NCBI GenBank assembly: GCA_964513645.1
Contig: CAZENF010000001.1
Coordinates: 135,303 to 199,302, forward strand
Origin: an uncultured Candidatus Saccharibacteria bacterium
GTDB taxonomy: Bacteria > Patescibacteriota > Minisyncoccia > 2-02-FULL-40-12 > GWA2-44-9
Length of the DNA stretch: 64,000 nt
Direction of reading: 5' to 3'
Part shown: in pieces, positions 18,421 to 26,833 of the stretch
Layout of the letters: each line of letters opens with the position of its first letter
Numbering within the stretch: the stretch's first letter is position 1
Program-made: the position numbers and the translations under genes
The notes under the pieces: model-generated
Seen by the model: only the letters and a program-made list of their open reading frames with translations
The model's database searches: none
Told to the model about the DNA's origin: nothing

Positions 18421-18448
18421 TGTTCCAACATCCTCCCACAGGGCGGAC
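18421..18448 (+). repeat. att-like site 1 (probable attR of the Rep/recombinase element)
   Basis: TGTTCCAA-N13-GGCGGAC; core matches the tRNA 3' end GGGCGGAC. Confidence 0.75.
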
Positions 18449-18631
18449 CACATCGGATTGAAGGCGCTGAAACGCGCCTTCCGTCCTTATGAAATCAGCA
18501 TTACTTGCGGTTCGAACTCTGAGCAAATGGGCGAGCTCGTGAGGCAGTTCGGAATATCTATGCGGCCTTCTTTTCGTGTTCTTTTGCCAGATGCAAAAGG
18601 GCCAAAAGCTTACGAATCTCAGTCATTATCG

Positions 18632-18659
18632 TGTTCGAATTTTCTCTGACGTGGCGGAC
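18632..18659 (+). repeat. att-like site 2
   Basis: TGTTCGAA-N13-GGCGGAC. Confidence 0.7.
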
Positions 18660-18724
18660 CTAGGCTTAAGTTTCCAGATGATGGGCGTCGCAAAATGCCC
18701 ACTCAAGTATCCTTATAAATAGGC

Positions 18725-18994
18725 CTATTTTATTTTCCTTTGAAACCCCCTAGAAGCCAGCCATACTCCAAATAAGACAACGAAGGCCCAGAATCCCATA
18801 AATACTAGTCTGAAAAAGGCGCTAACTCCGTCCGGTAAATTGTCATAACTTAGAAGGTAGTATCTAAGGCCCTTTACGCCTAGGGCAATCAAACTAACTA
18901 GCAACAACCAGAAGAAATCTTTATCGTGATATTTTTTCCAGAAAACATAACCGATTACTGCCGTTAATGTACACAAATATATATTTACATCCAT
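18725..18994 (-). CDS. Small three-TM protein, putative RHS immunity protein
   Basis: Directly downstream of the RHS toxin tip; hydrophobic. Confidence 0.6.
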   Translation of the reverse strand: MDVNIYLCTLTAVIGYVFWKKYHDKDFFWLLLVSLIALGVKGLRYYLLSYDNLPDGVSAFFRLVFMGFWAFVVLFGVWLASRGFQRKIK

Positions 18995-19023
18995 TGCGTT
19001 ATTATATTATTTTTTTACTAAAT

Positions 19024-20565
19024 TTAAAATCTAGACCATGAACTACCCTGGGGCCTTCCCTGTCCCTGGCTAGTTGGCGGTGGAGCTGGCCTTGACGGCG
19101 GCGGTTGATTATTCTTATTTCCATTATTAGCGGATCCTCCTTGGGAAGAATTAGGAAGATTCTGTTTGTTCGCAGGCCCTATATATTGTCTATTATCATT
19201 TGTTGGACCAATACGTTCATTCTTATTACTTTGTGTAGTATTAGATCCATTTGTTATATCTTTAGCAGAATTATCTTGATTTTTATAGCCATCATAATAC
19301 TCAGTCACACCGACTACACCTAATATGCCAGCAGCAACTACTTTAGCCCAATTTGGAATATTTGGCTTCATGTTTTTTATCATATCCCCTGGATCTTGAG
19401 CCTGTGGCTGCCCTTGAGCACTGGTAGGTATCTGCGGCTGAACCCACCTCATCTCAGAAATATTCTGAACTATGGCATTTGCAGCATAGTAAAGTGCGGC
19501 AGCTCCTGCTATTGCATACGGAGCCCACATTGGTAGTGTCGCCGCTTCAAGAACAACTTGATTTCCCGTAGGATCTGTATTTTTGACCGGGTTATTCCTG
19601 GCATACGCATATGAATTTAGTTGCTGTGGATCGGCTAGTTGCTCTCTTTGATTCTGTCCTGTAAGCGCTCTGAATCTATTGTTGTCCCCAATCGCCAAGA
19701 AGCTTGGATCCTGACTCATAAACCTTCCCCATTTGCCACTTTGATAGCGTGCATTCGCATAGTTCAGTGATGTCGTCTGGTCAAATTCATATCCGGTGAA
19801 TTTTCGTTGTTCGTTAATGTGTGAGCCGTTACTGTTTTGGTCGAGTCTTACCTCTCCATACGGATAGTAATCAGTCAGTTCAATCTGCTTGTCTGAGGAG
19901 TTGGTAATTATTGAGCTTCCGGTCAAATTATCTGTATGAACATAGCTAACACTTGCTGTGCTCCCCGTCCCGATAACATCAGCAACCAATGTCCCACCTG
20001 GAGTAAATATATGCTTGTATCTTGTAGTGCCGTCGTAGTTGTAGAACTTAGTGGGATAGTAAGTAGTATTAGTAGCCGTCTTGACCTTAACTCTTTGACC
20101 GGTATAGTCATAAGCATAAGATGAAGAAGCTCCATTGCCGGTTACCTTACTTACTCGATTGTTATAATCCCAGGTATAGGAGGTGGAAGGTACGGATGAG
20201 AACTTATAGAAGGTGCTGGGAGAGGATTGGTTGTTGTATTCGGTTTTGACCCAGGCAGAAGAGGCGGTAACATTCTCAATTCTTGTCTCGTCCAATATAC
20301 CATTGGTATAGCCTATATTATCTCCTCTTTGACCGATGTAAACACCAGTAGAATTTCCGGTGAATAGACCTATGCCAGGAGTGCGGTCAGCGGCGCTTAG
20401 GTCAGTACCATCAACATACATCTTATAGGTAGTGCCGTCGAAGGTAGCAGTGACTAGATGCCATCCAAAAGCTATATCTCCGCTTGAATTAACATTAACA
20501 GCTGTGCCAGCAGCAGCAGCATTGGCCAGATAATAAAGTCTTTGGGTAAAGGCGGTATTGGCACC
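19024..20565 (-). pseudogene. 5'-truncated RHS repeat protein: LamG-like fragment, YD repeats, RHS core and C-terminal toxin tip
   Basis: YAYDYTGQR, DYYPYG, KFTGYEFD, ARY...GRFMSQDP, YAYARNNPVKNTDPTG; the ORF's first ~18 codons are att-associated repeat sequence. Confidence 0.85.
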
Positions 20566-20637
20566 TAGAATCAACATCACTTGCGGTTCGAACTTTTTTG
20601 TATTTATTGACGACCCCAATGTGTGAATGTTTGAACC

Positions 20638-20668
20638 TGTTCAAAGTTTTTTGAGTTTGGCGGACAAG
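20638..20668 (+). repeat. att-like site 3, outer right boundary of the island
   Basis: TGTTCAAA-N13-GGCGGACAAG; 10 bp identical to 11882-11891. Confidence 0.75.
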
Positions 20669-20737
20669 CATTGATAAATTGCTATATAAGTGTTATTTTT
20701 TTCTGAGTTTTTTGAAAGAGATATTGTGAGGATTATC

Positions 20738-21118
20738 ATGTATAGGCTTTCATTAGCTGTTGAAGGCAGAGTCTCTGAGTGGTCGACGATATGTTTTTTC
20801 TGGAAAATTCCGAATGATGCTGCCAGAATTTTCTATGATCCAGACGGCAAGAGGCAGCTCCTGCCCTCAAAAGGTCTGCCGAAGGATTTAAGTTTATTGG
20901 TAGGAAGGTTAAGAAATGCCGAAGATTATCCGTATTCAGTTCAGGGCGAATCCTGGATAACCCCCAAAGAACTTGGGAATATTAATAATGAATTTACAAG
21001 ACTTTACAATACTGAAAGTAAATTCTTGCAAGCATTACTGCTAATCAATTCTCAATCTAATTTTTATGATGAAACCAGATTAGTTTTTTGGTGGTGCTTG
21101 GTAGAACCACCCAAATAA
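20738..21118 (+). CDS. Hypothetical protein
   Basis: GAGG RBS before ATG 20738; followed by a hairpin terminator. Confidence 0.65.
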   Translation: MYRLSLAVEGRVSEWSTICFFWKIPNDAARIFYDPDGKRQLLPSKGLPKDLSLLVGRLRNAEDYPYSVQGESWITPKELGNINNEFTRLYNTESKFLQALLLINSQSNFYDETRLVFWWCLVEPPK

Positions 21119-21212
21119 CCGCCGGCTAGTGCCGGCTTTTATATTTCATACTCTTTACAAACTTACTCCGCCTGTGTTATTTTTACTCTCCAGTTCTTTA
21201 AAAGGAGGTCTG

Positions 21213-21407
21213 ATGGAAGGAAAATTAGTTCTTCATCATGACGACCCGCCGTGTACTGCACGTCTCGAAAATGGCTACTGCCCCGAATGTAAATTTGTAC
21301 CGGATATGCAAAGTACATGTTTTTATTATTACTGTCCGAATTGCATAGTTCAGCTTCACCATATGATTTGTCCTAATTGTCTTATTAAATTTGAAACACG
21401 AAAATAG
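21213..21407 (+). CDS. Small zinc-finger-like protein
   Basis: AAAGGAGG RBS; CPEC, CPNC and CPNC motifs. Confidence 0.7.
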   Translation: MEGKLVLHHDDPPCTARLENGYCPECKFVPDMQSTCFYYYCPNCIVQLHHMICPNCLIKFETRK

Positions 21408-21429
21408 CCGGCTAACTCCGGCTTTTATA

Positions 21430-21458
21430 TTGACAAAGTGTTGTTTAAGTGGTATTTT
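21430..21458 (+). promoter_or_regulatory. Sigma70 promoter fused to the upstream terminator
   Basis: TTGACA-N17-TATTTT with a TG extension. Confidence 0.6.
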
Positions 21459-21485
21459 AAGAAAGCTTTCCAAGGAGGCGCCAGG

Positions 21486-21842
21486 TTGGAAAAGTTCTTT
21501 GTTATCTGCCATTTCGGATGTAAATCTTACGCTGACGGCGGCATCGCGCTTGTCCGTGATTCAAGCGAGAATCCTGGAGAAAAAGAGATAATCGTAGTCG
21601 GGCCTTGGGCTGGCCCTGGACCATGTTATATTGTTGAAGATTGGCAAAGCGAAGACTATGCCAGTATCGTGAAGAACGGCAGACTGTTAGACCTTCCTGA
21701 CTCCCTGTGGAACGCCGTGATGCGTCTGCGGGACATAGAAAAAACCGATTCTGTTTCAGAGAGAAAAAAAATCGTTGAAGATTTCGAAGATATAATCGGG
21801 ACAGGCCTTAAAGTCAAAATGCTTCTGGCAGGAGCGCTCTGA
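21486..21842 (+). CDS. Hypothetical protein
   Basis: AGGAGG RBS before TTG 21486. Confidence 0.65.
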   Translation: MEKFFVICHFGCKSYADGGIALVRDSSENPGEKEIIVVGPWAGPGPCYIVEDWQSEDYASIVKNGRLLDLPDSLWNAVMRLRDIEKTDSVSERKKIVEDFEDIIGTGLKVKMLLAGAL

Positions 21843-21874
21843 CAGAAAAAGCTGACAAATAGTCAGCTTTTATA

Positions 21875-21903
21875 TTGACTTGGGGTGTGAAATATGATAT
21901 AAT
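21875..21903 (+). promoter_or_regulatory. Sigma70 promoter fused to the upstream terminator
   Basis: TTGACT-N17-TATAAT with a TG extension. Confidence 0.75.
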
Positions 21904-21992
21904 CATACCACGATAAACTTAAGCACATAGAAGGTGTAAGTTTCGTTCCTTTATTACCTTCTCTGGCTTAACAAGCGCGGAGGAGGTAGAAG

Positions 21993-22310
21993 ATGGAGGC
22001 GATAGTTGGCAAGATAGTCGCGTTCGTCGTTGCCGACGACGAGTTGGCACCAGAGGAAGGCGTCGAGTTCTTCGATGCCAAAGAAGCACACGCATTCGCG
22101 CGGTGCAACGAAGGCTGCTACGGCGGCTGGTACTTCATAAAGCTCGAACTGCCCACAGGGCGAATCGAGTACGACGCCGGGTTCAATGAGGACGCCCTCA
22201 TTGGTGAGAAGCGCTACGGTCTTCTTTGCTCAAAGTGCCATCGACGCACCTGGTGGCACAAACGCTACGATTATGGCATCGAGAATTACTGTTACGAGTG
22301 TTCAAACTGA
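21993..22310 (+). CDS. Hypothetical protein with C-terminal CxxC...CxxC
   Basis: GGAGGAGGT RBS; CSKC and CYEC. Confidence 0.7.
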   Translation: MEAIVGKIVAFVVADDELAPEEGVEFFDAKEAHAFARCNEGCYGGWYFIKLELPTGRIEYDAGFNEDALIGEKRYGLLCSKCHRRTWWHKRYDYGIENYCYECSN

Positions 22311-22387
22311 AAAAGCCCGGCCTTGCCGGCAGGCCCGCTCAAAAGCGGGCCTTTTGTTTTAAAACAAAATTCCGGCCTAAGCCGGAA

Positions 22388-22762
22388 TTAATTTTTAATA
22401 ACACTCAACAGATACTGTTGCTTGGATTTTTCGAGCATGACAGAAACCTTTTCCTTATGAAGTTCGTCTATCTGCCGGGTTATCTCTTTTTCTCTTTCAT
22501 CGAGTTTAAGCATATCATCCGTATCTACATCCCCGCTCTTAACCAGTTCAAGATAAGCAAGCTTTCTTCGAAGTTCTTTTGCTGTGTTCCATTTTATATG
22601 AATGGAGTTCGGCGGACCGGCCAGTTCGCTGCCATATATTCTCCAAACCGCAGCAAAATTATCTTCTTCGCTTTTAGCTTCTGATTCGAGACGCACTATT
22701 TCATCATTCAGTCTGATCATTTCGTGCTTTATTTTAAGTATCTGACCTTGCGTTAGAGGCAT
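22388..22762 (-). CDS. Hypothetical coiled-coil protein
   Basis: 124-aa ORF ending at a bidirectional hairpin. Confidence 0.6.
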   Translation of the reverse strand: MPLTQGQILKIKHEMIRLNDEIVRLESEAKSEEDNFAAVWRIYGSELAGPPNSIHIKWNTAKELRRKLAYLELVKSGDVDTDDMLKLDEREKEITRQIDELHKEKVSVMLEKSKQQYLLSVIKN

Positions 22763-22823
22763 TTGCTGTCACCACAAAAGGGACTTGTAAAAGCTTACCA
22801 TTATAAAAATTAGAGTCAAAAAA

Positions 22824-24089
22824 TCAAAGTGAGTTAGAAATGAGATTGTAGATGGAGGTTGCCTTCTTGAATACGATCTCTCGATCGCCGATTATACAAA
22901 CCCGGACCGCCATATAGTCGTTCATTTCGTAGCGGAGAGCGTCAAAGTATTCTTTCTGGGTATCTTTGAGGGAAAGTATCTTGCCGTTGTCGTGATAAAG
23001 TATATCTTCGGGTACAAAGCGCCAGGGTGTAAGAGTCGGAACAATGACAACCTGGTGGGCGGGAATTTTTAAAAGCGCGGCAACTTTTGATTCGAGTGCT
23101 TCAAGATCGTGGGGCGAAGCATGCTTCATGAATTTCTGGAAAAACTCCTGGTCCTCGCCGATGACTTTAATATCTTTGCCGATAATCATAGCCTTGAGTT
23201 GCGTGTTTTTTGACCGTTTGGTGAGGCCCGTTCGTGGCAATTCACGTATATACTAGGCTTTGTATTGGAACTGGATGTCTCTGTTTTTATGCTTTTAGAT
23301 CCTGGCCATCAGTTATTTGTCATGCTTCCGCAACAGCTTTTTGGGTGCTACCGTTTAAAGGTGGATAAGACGAGCGGCCATTTTCTGGAGAAATCTCTGG
23401 CTGATAAGAGCAGATTTATGAAGGTAAACCTCCTTATACATATAGATATAAAGGCGCTGCATCTGCTTAGCGGCTTCGAGAGATTTTTTATCGATGACGA
23501 GTTTGCTTTCGAGATAGACCAAATAATTGAACAAACTCTCGATGTCCGGCCGCTGGCCGAAACCGGTATGATAAGTATCGCGTTCGAGATAATCGAGTTT
23601 ATCCATCCCGACGTTCTTATCCATTACGATGCGGTAAAGCGGAACCTTGTGCGAAGCGATCTTTTTTATGAATTCGTAATCACCGCCGGCTTTTTTGACG
23701 CTGTCTTTCATCAGTTCCAAAACCACCAGACCGTTCTCGTCCTCATCACCGCTTAACGGGGTAAGTTCCTCGATAACATGAGAAAACGGGCCATGGCCGA
23801 TATCATGGAGCAAGCCGAACAAAGAAATATTCTTGGCTTCGTCCGCAGTCAAAAAACCATCCTCTACCATTCTCTTGGTAAATCTTTTGGTCTTGGCATA
23901 AACTCCAAGAGCATGTTCGAAGCGGTTGTGATTCGCGCCAGGAAAAACGTTTATCGTCGTGCCAAGCTGAGAAATATAAAGCAGGCGGTGGAAAAGAGGA
24001 TGCTGGATTATCGGCATAATATCCCGGATGTCTATGGATTCGTTGGGAGGTATACGGATATATTTTCTGTAAAATTTTGAGGGCGGCAT
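22824..24089 (-). pseudogene. HD-domain phosphohydrolase (SAMHD1/YwfO-like dNTPase) interrupted by four in-frame stops
   Basis: RLLYISQLG, HNRFEHALG, LLHDIGHGPFSH, DKLDYLERD; both ORF pieces are in the same frame. Confidence 0.8.
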
Positions 24090-24194
24090 GTACCTTAAGT
24101 ATTAAGAATAAGTATTAAAAAATCAAGTCAAAATAAAAAACCGCCAGAGGTTCTGTTTATCACAGAACATGGCGGCTTGAGCTGGTCCTTCGAA

Positions 24195-24446
24195 TTACCT
24201 TGCGACCATCTTGTAGAGCGTGAACGGCATCAGCCGAAGCAGGATGTCTCTTCGATACCATCCGAACTTTGAAGCGCACCGGACTTGAGTGCTTTCCGGA
24301 AAAAACCAGGTCTCCTCCGGATAGACCCCGATGGCGTCGGACGAAAGAACGGTGATATCCGCTCCAGCTTCACAAACCGCAGCTTTGGTGTCCCGTATGG
24401 CACGCCACATATGCGGCCGGGCGGCGACAACCAGAGTTTTTGCCAC
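24195..24446 (-). CDS. Hypothetical protein
   Basis: AGGAG RBS before GTG; hairpin downstream. Confidence 0.5.
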   Translation of the reverse strand: MAKTLVVAARPHMWRAIRDTKAAVCEAGADITVLSSDAIGVYPEETWFFPESTQVRCASKFGWYRRDILLRLMPFTLYKMVAR

Positions 24447-24677
24447 TGATATCTCCTTCTGACCTGGTAGGGTTGAAGCTGAACGAGCGTCGTCAGCAAC
24501 AGGATAGTAAAAGTGACACCAGCGAGAATCAGAACCGGAAGTGACAAGAACAACTGAAACTCAGGAGTCAGCAAACTGTCAATTTAGGCCTCCCTGAATT
24601 GTTAATCTTACTACTTGATATTATACCACATTTAATATTTAAAATCAAGAGAAAATAAAGGCCCTTTTTCAGGGCTT

Positions 24678-24983
24678 TTATGCTTCTTCGAGGATAATGC
24701 GTTTTTCGAATTTACCACGTTCTCTGGCTTTTTTAGCCTTATGCATTCTGACATTTTCATCAAAAAGAGGGCCGAGATGGTTAAGGATAGCGTCGATGAC
24801 TTCGAGAACATCGGCTAATTCTTCTCCGCTCTCTTTTTCCAGAAATTCGTTAACTTCTTCCAGTAATTTTTCTTTTAAATAGGGTCTGTATTCCTTTATA
24901 TCAGCAACCCTGATCCTGGGCTCAATCCCATTGCCTCTCAAGATATCAGGTATCTTATCGCGAACAAGTTTATTGTATTTCAT
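24678..24983 (-). CDS. All-alpha NTP pyrophosphohydrolase (PRA-PH/MazG-like)
   Basis: YNKLVRDKIP, KLLEEVNE, ELADVLEV, RGKFEKRI. Confidence 0.85.
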   Translation of the reverse strand: MKYNKLVRDKIPDILRGNGIEPRIRVADIKEYRPYLKEKLLEEVNEFLEKESGEELADVLEVIDAILNHLGPLFDENVRMHKAKKARERGKFEKRIILEEA

Positions 24984-25048
24984 TAGAACATTTCCTGAAA
25001 ATAACTGGAGAATAAAATAGCACTTAAAGTACTATTTGTCAATGAAGA

Positions 25049-26827
25049 TTATCCATTATTTTTCATTGCTTCTTCGAGTACTCTTTTGAGACCGTCGGTA
25101 TCAACTTCAATTTTCGCTCTTTCACGTTTTTCTTCTATCTTTTTGCCATGAAAATTAACAGGACTGTTCCTGAAAGCATCATTGAGGGATAATCCCGAAC
25201 CAGGTCTAGAAGGATTTGGCCGCGATGCTTGGGGTTGAACAATTTTCTTCGGTTCAAGACCGATTGTCCTGGCTTGTCCTGATGGAGGATAGGCCGGCCT
25301 TTCTTCAGTCACTTTAGGCATGGGTGCGGGTTTAGGCATTTCGGCCGGTTTGGGTGCAGTAGCCGGAACCTGGTTCACCGGTTCAACTGTCTGATAACTC
25401 GGTCTTGGACGAGGCGCTTCCGGTCGCGGCATCGGCGGTCTCATCTGTTCTCTCGATTCATAAGGCGCTTGGCGGTAAGGCCGCCTTTCAAAAGACTGGC
25501 CTTGGCTCTTCTGTTCGGCATTCTTTGCAGCCTGTTCCATTCCCAAAGCCCACTCGCTGATGCTTTTCTCTACATTCTCACGTGGCGTAGCATAGTTCTG
25601 TCTCGAATACTGAACTATCTCTTCGCGGTTTGATTTTTTGATCTTGGCCAAAGGAGTAATGGTGGTGGCTGAAAATCCTTTTGACGACACGCCGTCAATC
25701 ATTAGTTTCAAATAAATATTGTATTTCCCAAGATTAACAATATCCGACATCATAAAATCAGGCGCGAACCATTTTTCTAAGAATTCGGCATCTTCAGCGC
25801 CGACACGGAAAGAGATTATAGTTCCGACATTTCCGAAAACCGCATCTCTGACTGGTTCTTCCATTTGTTTGATATACTGATGGGCCATTATCAGGCTTAG
25901 ATGGAATTTCCTGGCCTCGGACAAGATGTTAGCGAAGGATTCGGTCGCAAAATGTTGGAACTCGTCAACATAAAGATAAAAATCATTTCTCTGTTCCTCC
26001 GGAATATCCACTCTGGACATGGCCGCAAGTTGGATCTTGGTAACCAAAAGCGCGCCAAGCAAACGCGAAGCGTCCTCCCCTATTTTGCCGCGGGAAAGGT
26101 TTACGATAAGGATCTTTTTCTCATCCATTATCTTGCGGATATCGATGGTCGAATGGACCTGGCCGATGATGTTACGGATAAGATTGTTCGAGATGAACTG
26201 ACCGATCTTGTTTTGAATGGCCGGAGTTGCTTCCTGCATATAACGATCGGTGTATTTGGCAAACTCGTTGACCCAGAAAGATTTAACGATGGGGTCCTTT
26301 AAATTATCCACGACCTTTTTGCGGTATTCCTTTTCGGATAACATCCGGTTTATGCCGAGCAAGGTAGCGTCTGGATATTCAAGAAGGGCTAAGATAGTGT
26401 TGTTCAAAATATATTCCATTCTGCCCGACCAGACCTCAACCCCGAATATTTTCTTGAACACACCCAAGAGGCCAGAGGCAACAAGGTGCCGGTACTCAAA
26501 ACCAACTTTCTCCATCACGTTAAAGGCGATTGGAAAAGCGAGATCGCCCGGGTCAAAATAAATGACGTCTTTTATCCTTTCTTCGGGTATGTAATCGAGA
26601 AGCCCATCAGATGGATCACCGTGAGGATCTATGAAGGCCAACCCATGCCCGGCTTCAATATCCTGGATAGCCATATTCTTAAGGAATTCGGTTTTACCCA
26701 TGCCGGTAGAACCAACCACATACATATGGCGGCGACGATCATCCGGTTTAATTCCAAATCGCCAGCGCTGGCTTCGGAAATTAGTTTCACCGATGACAAC
26801 TATTTCGTTGTTCTTTTTTGACGGCAT
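25049..26827 (-). CDS. VirD4/TraD/TrwB-like coupling ATPase with Pro-rich tail
   Basis: RRRHMYVVGSTGMGKT, IDPHGD, YVDEFQHF, LSEARKF, AHQYI. Confidence 0.88.
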   Translation of the reverse strand: MPSKKNNEIVVIGETNFRSQRWRFGIKPDDRRRHMYVVGSTGMGKTEFLKNMAIQDIEAGHGLAFIDPHGDPSDGLLDYIPEERIKDVIYFDPGDLAFPIAFNVMEKVGFEYRHLVASGLLGVFKKIFGVEVWSGRMEYILNNTILALLEYPDATLLGINRMLSEKEYRKKVVDNLKDPIVKSFWVNEFAKYTDRYMQEATPAIQNKIGQFISNNLIRNIIGQVHSTIDIRKIMDEKKILIVNLSRGKIGEDASRLLGALLVTKIQLAAMSRVDIPEEQRNDFYLYVDEFQHFATESFANILSEARKFHLSLIMAHQYIKQMEEPVRDAVFGNVGTIISFRVGAEDAEFLEKWFAPDFMMSDIVNLGKYNIYLKLMIDGVSSKGFSATTITPLAKIKKSNREEIVQYSRQNYATPRENVEKSISEWALGMEQAAKNAEQKSQGQSFERRPYRQAPYESREQMRPPMPRPEAPRPRPSYQTVEPVNQVPATAPKPAEMPKPAPMPKVTEERPAYPPSGQARTIGLEPKKIVQPQASRPNPSRPGSGLSLNDAFRNSPVNFHGKKIEEKRERAKIEVDTDGLKRVLEEAMKNNG

Positions 26828-26833
26828 ATTAAA

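Larger units (their letters stand above)
11882..18448. mobile_element. Integrative rolling-circle element in the tRNA-Lys 3' end (serine recombinase, HUH Rep, defence cargo); the composite island extends to ~20668
   Basis: Recombinase reads into the tRNA; GGGCGGAC repeated at 11881 and 18441, GGCGGACAAG at 11882 and 20659; visibly AT-richer than the flanks. Confidence 0.85.

Noticed and set aside
11876-18448. Element as an inovirus or microvirus prophage
   Set aside because: No Zot-like ATPase, small coat proteins or capsid gene is recognisable.
18458-18649. 63-aa plus-strand ORF as a real gene
   Set aside because: It lies entirely over att-like repeats and has a TTG start and no recognisable motif.
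20669-22390. Classical integron cassette array
   Set aside because: No IntI tyrosine recombinase, and the hairpins lack attC RYYYAAC/GTTRRRY boxes.
23253-23357. Stop-codon reassignment explaining the HD gene stops
   Set aside because: TAA, TAG and TGA all terminate conserved genes normally in this window.
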